Source: Cycas panzhihuaensis
Lineage: Eukaryota; Plantae; Cycadophyta
Assembly: GCA_023213395.1 (NCBI GenBank)
Contig: CM041465.1
Location: 38,199,741-38,263,740, forward strand
DNA: 64,000 bases
Direction: 5' to 3'
Shown here: positions 26,120 to 37,329 of the stretch, one piece after another
Layout of the letters: every line of letters starts with the position of its first letter
Numbering within the stretch: the stretch's first letter is position 1
Program-made: the position numbers and the translations under genes
Notes under the pieces: generated by a model
The model's input: only the letters and a program-made list of their open reading frames with translations
Told to the model about the DNA's origin: nothing
Database searches by the model: none

Positions 26120-28760
26120 TCTGAAAGAAGGAAAGATTAACTCTCCTCTTAACCAGGATTAACAAACACAAAAAATTAATCATTCAAGACACATGCATAA
26201 TCACTAACAAAAAAATAGAGGGGTAGAAATTAAGTTCAAGCCTCAAAAATAATTTGTTCATTAATAAAAAACACACACTGAAATTCTCAAGTGTCTCATA
26301 TCTCATCATACTCTCTTGTGTGAGAGGGAACATTGCTCATGCTTAGATATATAAATTAATGGCTATGATTAATTTAATCCAAGGGGTCCAAAATCGATGA
26401 GGTAGTTAGAGTTAACAACTTATTAAAAATAATAGCATGAGGTAAATGGGTCATTATGAATTATACACGACCTAGTAACAACTTTAATTGACATTTACAC
26501 TTTATAACATTAAGTTATTAAAGTGACTCACTTTACATTACATGGAAAAGTACATTGAAATAATTAATGAATGAGTCATTAATTCTAGCACCCTGCCTTA
26601 ATGATGACTTTATTAATTTGAATATCAAGGTTGGGTCAAAACCATTTAAATTTGTTTTTGCTGAGTACTTTTGTGAAGATATCAATAACTTGTTCGTCAA
26701 TTGGTTTAAACACTATCAATTTCACTATCTTGTACACATTCTTTGATGAAATGATGTTGTACTTTGATATTTTTCATTCGTTCATCGAATACTAGATTCT
26801 TGGTCAACTTCGTGATATTTTGGTTATCAGAGAAAAGTGTAGTAACTTGCATCTATTAAAGACCAAACTCAACAAGAATACTTCTAAGCTAGATAATTTC
26901 AGTAGCTTCGTAGACATCAACTTTATATTCTGCTTATGTGAATGAAAATGTAACATTAGGTTGCTTCTTGTAATTCTAGAAAATAGTTATAGAACCTAGG
27001 TTAAAACAATAGTCTGAGATTGATCGTTTGCTATCTTGGCAACTAACCTAATCTACATTTGTAAAACCTACCAATGAAGGATTGTGCACTTGATAATAAT
27101 TAATATCAAACTGTAGTGATTCATAGAGATATCTGAGAATCTGCTTGGCTGCATTCCAATATGAAAATTTGGGTTGTGTCATATACTTAGAATTGATAAT
27201 AACTACATAAGAGATGTCTGGGCTAGTATGAGTCAAGTAGATTAAACTCCCCATGAGTTGTTTGTACAGAGTAGGATTAATAGGCTTGCCATGCTCACCA
27301 TTATCTAATTTGAGTCTAGTCTCCATTAGGGTAGGTGAAGGCTTACAATTGTTCATTTTGAATTTTTGTAATATCTCCAATACATATTTAGGCTAAGAAA
27401 AAAAGATATAAGCTGACTATTGCCAAACCTTCATACTAAAAAAATATTGTAGTAGTCCAAGGTCAGTCATTTCAAAGCTGCTATTAAGTTCCCTTTGAAG
27501 ATATGAAATTCACGTAGTGTTATTTCCAGTAATCAACAAATCATCAATATAAAGTGCGATAAGTGTGATCGAGTTGTTTTGAATTTTGATGTACAATTTA
27601 TGATCTTAGGATGAGCAAATAAGTCCATGCTTCTGGAAGTAGTCATCAATCTTCACATACCATGCACAAGGTGACTGATTAAATCCATACAAAGCCTTCT
27701 GAAGTCTGTAAAATAAGTGTTCTTTGCCACGACCAACATAGCCTAAGGGTTACTTCAAATAAACTTTATCATATGAATTACCTTTTAAAAAGGCGATTTT
27801 GATGTCCATCTGGAATACTGGCCAATGAAACTAAACTGCAAATGTTAGAACAAACCGAATTATAGTCATATTAGCAACAAGGGCAAATGTCTCATCATAA
27901 TCAATGCCCTTAATTTGTTTGAAACCTTTAGCTACCAAATAAGTTGTGTGTCATTGAATGAAATCATTTGCATAAAATTTGATTTTATGGATCTAATAGC
28001 AATCAATAGATTTCTTTTCTTTAGGGAGCTCAACAAACTCCTATGTATCATTTTAAAGAATGGAATCTATTTCATCATTCATAACAGCCTTCCACTTTTG
28101 GTCTATGATTATTTCCTCAAAAGGAGACGGCTCGAGAACAAATAGGACTTGTTCTATTAAGGTAAAGTTTGTAGAATGCATGTATTTTGATTGACACTTT
28201 AGTTCTGTAAGGGGCAATGAAGGAGCAAAAATGAGTCTGCAAGTGCTATTTTAACAACTTTTTAGAAATAATGTCTACATAAAGATCTTCTTGAGAGATC
28301 ATAGAGGTAGAAGTAGAGGGACTAGGTGCAAATGAAGGATTAGGAGAATAAGAGGTCGATGGGGTTGATCTATCAACTATAACTAAAGAAGCATCCACTG
28401 AGATTGAAGAGATACATCAACGGGTGCAAAATCCTCTTGATCAATAGGAAAGAAGATGCATTGTGGATTTAAATCTTGATCCGCTTTAGAGAAAATGACA
28501 TTCTAATAGGTGTGCATATGTGGTACTATAGGATCAAAGAGTTTATAAATTTTGTAACAGGACACACAACCAATAAAAATACATTTCTTGCTTTTATCAT
28601 CAAACTTCTTTCATTGTTATTTTGGTATGTGCATATATGCAGTGTATCCAAAAGTATGCAAATATGAAATTGTAGGCTTTTGGCCAGACCAAACCTCCTT
28701 ACTCTACTCTTCTTCTCAAGTCTTATACTACTCTTACTGTAATTATCCCACATTTATAAG
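26120..28760 (-). mobile_element. Truncated Copia fragment (INT C-terminus, RT, RNase H, 3' LTR ending at 26590)
   Basis: ORF 27048-27380 (KFKMNNCKPSPT..LYKQLMGSLIYLTHTSPDISY); RT motifs ~27400-28100; INT tail ~28500-28750; PPT-like ccctgcctt after 26590. Left boundary approximate. Confidence 0.8.
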
Positions 28761-28784
28761 TCCAAGAGATGGGCGGCCTTAATA

Positions 28785-28788
<4 letters not shown>

Positions 28789-28840
<52 letters not shown>
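28789..28840. repeat. (TA)26 microsatellite
   Basis: Perfect TA run read directly. Confidence 0.98.
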
Positions 28841-28842
<2 letters not shown>

Positions 28843-30582
28843 GTATGAGTGAGATCTTTTTGAGTGTTGTGATCTTATATATTGGAGGTTGCCCCCTCGA
28901 AGAAGCCCATCAAAACAATTGATTACTGATGCTCTTATGCTCTTATGTGTAATTTTGGCTTTCGTGTTGTCATGTATTTTGGATTGCCCTCTTTAATTTA
29001 TATTCATTACATTTGAAATACGTGATAATTGTTTATGTTTGGTGCTAATATATTTATAGTTGGTAAGATGTCTTTTTGATAGGTTGTAACCTTTCAATCT
29101 TACCCTTTTAAATATATCTTATGTTTAATTAATTAGGGTCGTAGCAACTATGGTTAGATCATGGATTAGTAGAAGTTAGCCTCAATTATAATTATTAAAA
29201 GTCAATTTTATAATTATCAGGGACTAGGTATTTTATTGTTATTATGGAAGTTGGTTTTATTATTATTAGGAATTCAGTTTTTTAAAAAGTGATCAATTTT
29301 GACACCTATAAATATAGGATTATTATTCATTGATAAATCATCTTTTGTGAATTAATCCATTTGGAATCTTTTGACTATTTGGCTCGTAGGAGCTTCATCT
29401 CAACTTTTCTTTCAGTTTTCTTTTGTGCTTATGATAGTAGATCCCCTTTAGAATCACTTCACTTTTTAAAATCTCATCTTTCATGCTCGAACCAAGCACA
29501 TTGAGGTCCACCATTATTTTATTAGAGAGAAGATTTAAAATAAAGAGACCAAACTAACATACTATCCTAGTGAAGTCCAACATGTTGACGTCTTCACCAA
29601 ACCTTTAAACAAAGATAAGTTTTTCTTCTTTAGAAATCAAATAGAGGTAAAAGGACAAATAGAATAACTATTAAGAGTGGGGAGGAAGCATTGAAAGTGT
29701 TAATGAATCATTCTATTTTGTATCAGTACAGTAACTTGTTCTCTCTATTTTTGTAAAACAGAGCATTTTTTTTGGTACTATAGTCAACAATTTAGAATGT
29801 TCTATATGATGGACACTTGTCTCACATGCATGGCTCTATCTTTTGAATATATGTACCATTCATGGTCAGCTTGATTCAATGAAGAGAGTAAATCACAATT
29901 CACGTCTGCATTTGCAGGTTTCATATCTAAGATACTGTATAATGTTTAACAGATTCTACTTGCTTATTTGTGGCCAATAGCATAAATTGCTTCTGTTTGA
30001 AATTATGTTTCTTTGTTTATTGGCACAAAGTTGGAAAATTGATTTAAGAAAGCAGAATATGATTGAGAACAGAAAAAACACAGTACTATCATCTCCATCC
30101 TGGATATATCCCAGAGATATTTGCTAGGCTGCCAAACCGGAATCAAGTAAAAGGCATGTCATATGATGTGAGGCAAGATTGTTGTCACATCAGCAGGCAA
30201 TCAGAACAATTTCAGTGTAGAACAATGTTTAGACACTGAAAAATAAGTCCGATGCAAAACATGACAGAAACATATGAAATTCTGCATCAAAGGAAGGTTC
30301 TACTAAACTTACACTGCACTTTTGCAAAAAAAATAATACAGTACTCAATGACATTAATGGAAACAATCTTCAAAAAGAAGTGAAGATTTGTTAGCTTTAT
30401 AAACTAGCCCTGTACATAGTTCATCTGCCAGATTACTGGAAGAAATTGCAATTGCAAATCTTTCTTCACAGCTAACGACTAAAGTTTGCATTCAGGCATA
30501 AGCCTAAGAAGCTTCTAACCAAAAAAATTGGAATTTCTGAAGTCTCTCTTCAGAATGCAATAGGCTTTTATTTATTGGGGCT

Positions 30583-30845
30583 CTATAAGAAAGCAATCAT
30601 TTTGCTCTGTATTTCACTTAGCAAAGAATGCATTGCAGCCTTAAAATCATCATAAAATCTCTCTTCGGAAAATCTAGAGGCACGCTTTCTTGCAGCTGCA
30701 GCAATTTTAATGCGCTCTGCCTCTGGCATTCTCATCAGAGCATATATGACATCTGCATAATCATCCACATTTGTAGCTAAAAACCCAGTCTTTTGTCCAT
30801 CTTCATCCAAGACAATGTCCATCTTTGGTCCAGCAGAATTGTGAG
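30583..30845 (-). CDS. ALG11: ALG11 (GDP-Man:Man3GlcNAc2-PP-dolichol alpha-1,2-mannosyltransferase), last coding exon
   Basis: Acceptor ttttttctgcag, then (A)[23 protein letters not shown]...[18 protein letters not shown]...stop. Matches the plant ALG11/LEW3 C-terminus as recalled. Confidence 0.93.
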
Positions 30846-31086
30846 CTGCAGAAAAAATAGAACATATATTCTATGGAAATGAATTACAGATAGCTGAATT
30901 TCAAAACACAGCCCAGGACATTAAGAGAGAGATTGTGGCATTATGAACTCATTATTGTCTATAGGCACTTTATATTGTCCACCACGAAGCAGCTCCTTCA
31001 AGTTGAAGTGATGTCTCAAAAGAAAAAACAGCAGCTCTCACAAGCAATATGGACACAACAAAAAATGACAGTTTTGTTACACATAC

Positions 31087-31196
31087 CTATTGGCACTGCA
31101 CCCGCTGCCATGTACTCCACGACACTAATGCCAAAATGCTCATCTGTCATTGAATGAAGCCCAGCAATAGCCCCTCCCAATAGATCCACCAGCTCC
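31087..31196 (-). CDS. ALG11: ALG11 penultimate coding exon
   Basis: Acceptor tag, (R)[36 protein letters not shown], donor gtatgt. Contains the GT4 EX7E motif and joins in frame to the last exon across a 241-bp intron (30846-31086). Confidence 0.93.
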
Positions 31197-34100
31197 CTAT
31201 TTGACATGCAGTTCCCATCAAGCACAAGGATCAACCAGATGACCATATCTCTATTCATCTTAGAATGCCTAATGTTAAACCATCATATACCCCATAGTTA
31301 ATCATGACAGGCAATCAGCGAATCTTCCATTTTATAATAATAAATATATCCCGAGGTGACGGAATAAAGAAGTAATAGGCTATGTTTTACAGCTACATAG
31401 TAAATGTTGATCAACCCAGAATTAAAAAGCTGCTACTTCAGAAGAAACATGGAATCAAGATACCCTCCATATCTCTCAAAAACTGTACAACAACAGATAA
31501 CAGAGTTTGCCAAAATTTAAATTTAAATATCTGTACTTGCTGAAAGCTTAATAGTATGATAGCATCTTGAGAAGCTAGGAAGCACACTAGTATGTCTAGT
31601 GCTGAGTAATAATGCATGAAACAACTTTGTCATGGAAAATAAACAAACAACAAACACATAAATTGTTACAGCCCTCAATAGAGAAGTTCTATGCTGCTGA
31701 ATCTTTTGCCAATTAAAATCCAACTTCACAAAATGTAATCGCCAAATTGACAAGTTCACATATAACAACTACCATCCATTCAATATTTCATATTACATCA
31801 CAAATGTAATTTTAAGAGAAAAGAGACTAGAATAGAAAACAATGCAAGAGAATCTTGATGAGAGTATCTAAGAGTGAACAAGTAGGAGACCAAACACTAA
31901 ACGGAGCCAAGCAATATTACTATTAAGAGTAAGAATGAGATCACTTCCATCACAAATCACTCCGCATTCAAAGAGCAACTGAAGGTTGGCCCATCCCATT
32001 AACTATCTCACCTTATTAATATCAAATTTTATATATGGATCTATTGAACAGATCAATTTCACTATTGCACTTGTTTTGACGCATTAGTACCAATCAACAA
32101 CACTACATGCGGTAACCTTCACAATAAGGCTAGACGCAATAGCCTCACTACATGCAACAACTTTCACAAATGGGTTACATGCAACAACCTCCTCTAAGTG
32201 GAATCCTTTGGTTTATTTAGGGTAGCTCTCCTTACAAACTCATCTATAGAAGCAAATATCAAAGAACTCATGTTCAACAATTGCCCTCACCCTAATTCAC
32301 TTCTTAAATATGATATGTAATGGCCACGTGAAAGATCATTGAAAATGAAGTGAAAAGTCAAGTATCACTAAATGTCTCTTTCATAAGTGATGACTACTAA
32401 AGATTAATGTTTACATTGGCTCATAACGTGTAGTTATGAACCTCACCCTTATCATTTTATTTTAATTATTCTTTATTAAAATGTGGGAATGGTGAGTCAT
32501 TGAGGATTACTCAACATTTCTCGTGTCATTAGTCTAGGATGTAAATATTCTTTTTATGGTTGTATTTATGCACTGGGTTGTGCGTTGTAATAAAAGATGG
32601 ATGAATGAATTAGAGATGAGTTAATGCATTCCAAAATTATTTTTCTTAAATGTATTAGTGTCTATCCTTTTCATGCTTAGATCCTAGTTGTGTCATTTTC
32701 TACATGGGATCAAAGCTAGTTAGGTGCAATTGCAAATCTAAATGCAAGATTGCATAGGTCTAGAATTCATCTTGGGTGGTTCAACGCTGTTTAGAAGTAG
32801 AACTAGGTATTTCTTGAAATATTTTGTGACTATTGAATCATTCAGAATTCTTGTTTAGGCTTGAATTATTCAAGTTTTAGGCAGATTTAAGGGGTTTGTT
32901 AGAGCTCAAATTCTAATCTTTTAAGATTGAGAATGTTTGATAATTCCTATTTTTTTTCTTAATTGTTGCATTATAGATGCATGCTGTAAAAATTATGTAT
33001 AGCAATTTGCAACAAGTTTTCTAAAGTTTTAGCTTTGATGTTTGTCATTATGATGCAGAGGCACTCTCCTTAAGATTTGTTTTTAAACATAGACCTCTGA
33101 GTATTGCCGAGCAGACAAATTAGTTACTAATTCAAAGGGGAGACACTGCAGAATGGGCTAAAGACAACTATTCAGATTTTAAGGGAAAAATCTTAAACAC
33201 ATTAAAAATACCTGTTTCCCTTTGTGACAAGCTTCTAGTGGCTTGTAAAACACATCAAAATTCACATGTAAGACATTAAAATAACATGCAAATCATGGAC
33301 ATGAACCCCACTAACTTGCATGCAAGATTTAACCTTCAAACTTGTTGAAAAGAAGCTCATTTACTGAGCAACAAGTTGCATAATGAAGCCATTCAAAGAG
33401 TAGAAAGCAGAGGTGAGAAAGAGACTTTTCAAAGGTGATTTCGAAGCAGATTTGAGTAGATTAAAATAGGCATTAAGGCACCCTTGATTGAGATTAAAAC
33501 CATTAAAAAGTGGTCCTTTAAATGTAGTAAAAAGCTATTGTTTAAAAGGAAGAAACCAATGAATTAAATCACTGTTGGATAGGGGAAAACATATTGTTTT
33601 TGATCTCTGTTTGAAGGGTTTTTAAGCCTCATTTGCAAAAAATTTGTAACCTCTTTTGAAGGACATTTAAGTCACCTTTTGAGGATAGAAAAATGCATTG
33701 AGATCTCTGTTGAAAGAGCTCAACAGAGCCACTGCATGAGATCATTTAGAGTGCAAATCAAAGCAGAAAATAACCATTGAAAAATAAGTAAAAATACAGT
33801 GAAAAGGATCACTGTTTCAAAGAGAAAATAGGACATGAAAAGCCATGCAAATGGCTTACAGGAGAATTTAATGATGATGCTTTCAATGAGAGTTGTCACT
33901 GAATGTTCCCTAATTTGAAGCCAAACAGAAGAAAAAATTTGAAGAAAATCCTACTAAAAAATGCATGCAGAAATGGATTAAAATCCATCACATGTAGGGT
34001 GCCCAACATAAAGAAAACAAAGGAAATCGAGGTAAATCATGTTTTTGTGATTTAAACCTATGAAAATCTGTGGAAAACACATCACAAAATGCACAAATAC

Positions 34101-35063
34101 CAATGTATTGTGCTGCCATTTCATGTATGAGAGCTATCGTTTTGGAGAAGATCTTGCCATTTTACTTAATGCCCAACGGAGAAAACTCCATGCAATACAC
34201 ATCAAATTGCATGAAAATTATAGTGGGATGATGTCAAGAAGCTCCAACAACTTGTTTAGGACAAAACATAGATGAAAAAAGTGAAAACTTTGTGAAACAT
34301 TATATTAGTAGCTCAATGGGATGGCTTGGAGGCCGGTCAATGCCAGCAAGGAGAAGGGCATGCAAAAAGCCTATAAATTAGAGGAAAAATGATGTGATTG
34401 GCATGCAATAGCATGTAAACCCCTCTTATTGACGCATCATAGCAATTTCAGCAAGAAAATTGCTCCAAAAACACATTAAAAATCATTTTTTTGGGAAAGA
34501 TATGTTAGAAAAGATCTTGCAATGCACATTTGTCGGCTTACAAGGTTTATATCTTTACAATGGTCGGTTTATATTATACTCATAAATTTATGAGTATTTA
34601 AGCTTTGTATTTTGTACTTTTTTAATCAATTGAAGAAGAGGTATCTCACGATACCGTTTCGGTCCTGGAATTTTCGTTTGAGTTACAGATTCAACATGGT
34701 ATTAGAGCGAGGTCTGGAGTAGTTGTTCTTCTGCAGTACCGCATTCGAAATATGTTCAAAGGAGGTCGAGCTTGAACATCGAGGTTGAATTATGCCAAAT
34801 CTCTATGCGTCCCAGCTTCTACCCTTTAAGGTACCTTATTCTTATATCTTTGCTTGATTTCGATTCAGTACCTGTCTGTGAGATTATCTGAAGTGTATCT
34901 GTCGTGTTTTTGATATTGAGTCACTATTTTCTCTTTGATCTATTTGTAATAATATTATTTCATCCTCTACTTTGCTTATTGTTTGAGAAATCCTTCTTGG
35001 TAATAATCTGCTAGTCGCCTAGTTAGAATTCTACTTCTGTTGAGTGTTGTGTACGCCTTGAAG

Positions 35064-35960
35064 CTTGCATCTCCTGTAAAGTAGCTGCAGTTTTGCAGTC
35101 TCTTGTGCTTTGGCTTCTTCCAAATCAGTCCTCATGCGCTTCTCCAACTGCAAGCGCCATGTGAGTTCCTCAACTCGTTTTTCAACTTATCTTTTTGTCT
35201 TCTTTTGTGCTCCTGTTTCTTTCGCAGCCATCTTAAATTTTCTTAGCTCTCTCTTAGCAAACCTTCCTTCTAAAGGAGCTCTTCGTTTCCATGTGGTCGA
35301 GTATTTACATCTCTTATATAACTGAAATGGTGAAATTCCCTGTCCGTGACTTTGAATTAATTCTCCATTCGCACAGAAATTGGAGGTCTGAGTTCGTACC
35401 TTCTTCGTAGATTTGGGTTGACCCTAAAATCCTACCTCTGTTACGGTAAATAATCCAGATTTACTTACCATATTTGGTAGAGCTATCCAATAGGCTTCGC
35501 CATCGCCCTTTGCCATACGAGCTAGGGACAAAGAACAACAGAATAAGGCAACAAACGGAGGACTAATGGTAGCCGCTTTTGTTTGCCGCCTTATGCGCAG
35601 CCATTGCACGCAACCCTGCTTGAATAGAAATTGCTGACAAATGCAGCTGTATGTAAACTTTTCAGAAAGGATTTGGTTAACGCCCTCCACTGCCGCCACG
35701 CTTGAAATTACCCAACAACTTCTGCAAGAACCCTGATTTTAACACGGGTGACCGCTCTCTTTTGCCACCAGTCCACAGAGACTGCAATCGGTGTATTCGT
35801 ATGCAGATTCCTTGCATTTCTTCTGCTTCACTGGACCCCTTGGATCCTTGGGATCTTGCTCCATACATTCGCATTGGGATCTTGCTCATACATTTGCATC
35901 AAAGCTCCCATAACGCTCCAAATCTCTTCGACGCGCTGCACAAAACCCCAATTATAGCAA
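35064..35960 (-). pseudogene. Captured myosin XI fragment (IQ repeats and start of coiled coil), antisense to the element, with many indels
   Basis: Minus-strand translation in myosin order: RLQSLW (35773-35790), KVYIQLHLSAISIQAGLRAMAA (~35596-35660), RRQTKAATI (35565-35591), GRFAKRELRKFKMAAKETGA and [32 protein letters not shown] (35064-35270). Upstream boundary approximate. Confidence 0.88.
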
Positions 35961-36005
35961 ACCCAAGCCATTACACATCCCATTTACATCCCCATTATCT
36001 CGCAA

Positions 36006-37329
36006 TTCAACATGAGCGATTGTAATTCCTGTGCCACTCCCATTGAAGTTGGATTAAAACTAAGTAAGCATGAAGGATCCATCTCAGTTGACCCCACTCT
36101 ATACCGCCAGCTAATTGGAAACCTCATGTATCTTACTAATACCAGACCAGACATAACATATGCTCATATTCCTGATCAGAAAACAACAAAATTGGAAAGC
36201 AAAAGCGTTAAGTGTATCTTTATAGGCTATTCAAGTGAGCAAAAGGCCTATAGACTTTATAATCCAATTACAAAGGTCTTCTTTGTAAGCAGAGGTGTCA
36301 TTTTGATGAACATAGTGAATATAAGAGTGAAGACGACAAAGGGAAAGAAATTTTGATTGAGGTTGGTACCTCAGAAAGGAAGACAGATACAATCTCGATT
36401 GAAGATTCAAGCTCAAACCAACAATGTGATGTGGATCCAAAATGGCTTACAAGAAGTCATAATCCTTAAAATATTTTGGATTGTGACTTTAACAAAAGAT
36501 TCACGATGTCACAAGCTAAAGTAAACTATGCTCTAATGTCTCAAGTGATGCAGAAAGATGAACCTCAAACTTTTGAGGAAGCTACAAAAAGTAATGAGTG
36601 GACTCAAGCAATGGAAGCAGAAATCGATGCCATAAATCGAAACAAAACATGGGATGTGGTTGAATTACCACCAGGTAAGAATGTCATTGGAACTAAATGG
36701 ATATATAAGACTAAATACAAAGCGGATGGCACCATTGACAAGTATAAGGCAAGGCGGTTGCAAAGGGCTATGCTCAACAAGAAGGTATTGATTATGAAGA
36801 AACCTTTGCTCCGATTACTAAGATGACTACCATTAGGCGATTTTATCTCTTCTTTGTTCATCTTGGTTGGAAGATCTATCAAATGGATGTAAAGTCAGCC
36901 TTTCTCAATGGTTTTATTGATGAAGAAATTTATGTCTCTCAACCTCAAGGTTTTGAAGTTAAGGGACATGAACACTTGGTGTGTAAACTCAAAAAGGCTT
37001 TATATGGACTAAAACAAGCACCAAGAGCTTGGTATGCAAGGATTGACAAATATCTTCAAGATAAAGGCTTCCAAAGAAGTAATTCAGATTCAAATCTTTA
37101 CATAAAGACCTCCAAGGACTCTATTTTGATTGTTGCAGTATATGTTGATGATTTAATCGACACAGGTAACAATGATGAGTTACTTCAAGAATTCAAAAGA
37201 GATATGAATTCTGAATTTGAGATGACAGACTTGGGACAATTACATTATTTCCTTGGAATTGAAGTATGGCAGGATAATAGTGGAATATGTATGTCTCAAA
37301 GCAAATATGCTATGGATATCTTAAGGAAG
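36006..37329 (+). pseudogene. Circularly permuted Copia pol fragment (late RT, INT C-terminus, early RT)
   Basis: FNMSDCNSCATP...TRPDITYA is fused in frame to HIPDQK..KCIFIGYS..KAYRLYNP, followed by RT (EPQTFEEA, QMDVKSAFLNG, YVDD) ending at KYAMDILRK. Confidence 0.85.

Larger units (their letters stand above)
25415..29146 (-). mobile_element. Rearranged LTR element inserted in the 3' LTR of 22740-29461; contains a nested Copia fragment
   Basis: Perfect TSD actat/actat; inverted termini TGCTAC...GTAGCA; LTR 25415-25608 matches the last ~95 bp before 29146. Confidence 0.7.
22740..29461 (+). mobile_element. Non-autonomous Gypsy-derived element retaining only gag-like and protease remnants
   Basis: Perfect TSD ctttt/ctttt. 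5' LTR 22740-23092, PBS tggtatca at 23095. Protease motifs VMILINPSTTHD and DVILGIIWLQTLG (~24745-24990). 3' LTR starts at 25373 and is split by the insertion at 25415-29146. No RT or INT seen. Confidence 0.8.
22295..29951 (+). mobile_element. 3' remnant of a Copia element (RT end, RNase H, PPT, 3' LTR ~29689-29951), split by the insertion at 22740-29461
   Basis: YAVRIISRFMNNPRETH ... YDNQSVIKL before 22740 resumes as NLIFHARTKHIEVHHYFIREK after 29466; purine tract ~29672-29688. Confidence 0.75.

Noticed and set aside
31016-31258. 80-aa ORF as a standalone gene
   Set aside because: Only 31087-31196 is ALG11 exon; the rest is intron read-through.
35424-36025. ORFs 35424-35699, 35677-35889 and 35702-36025 as novel proteins
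   Set aside because: Explained as frameshifted mosaics or shadows of the myosin XI fragment.
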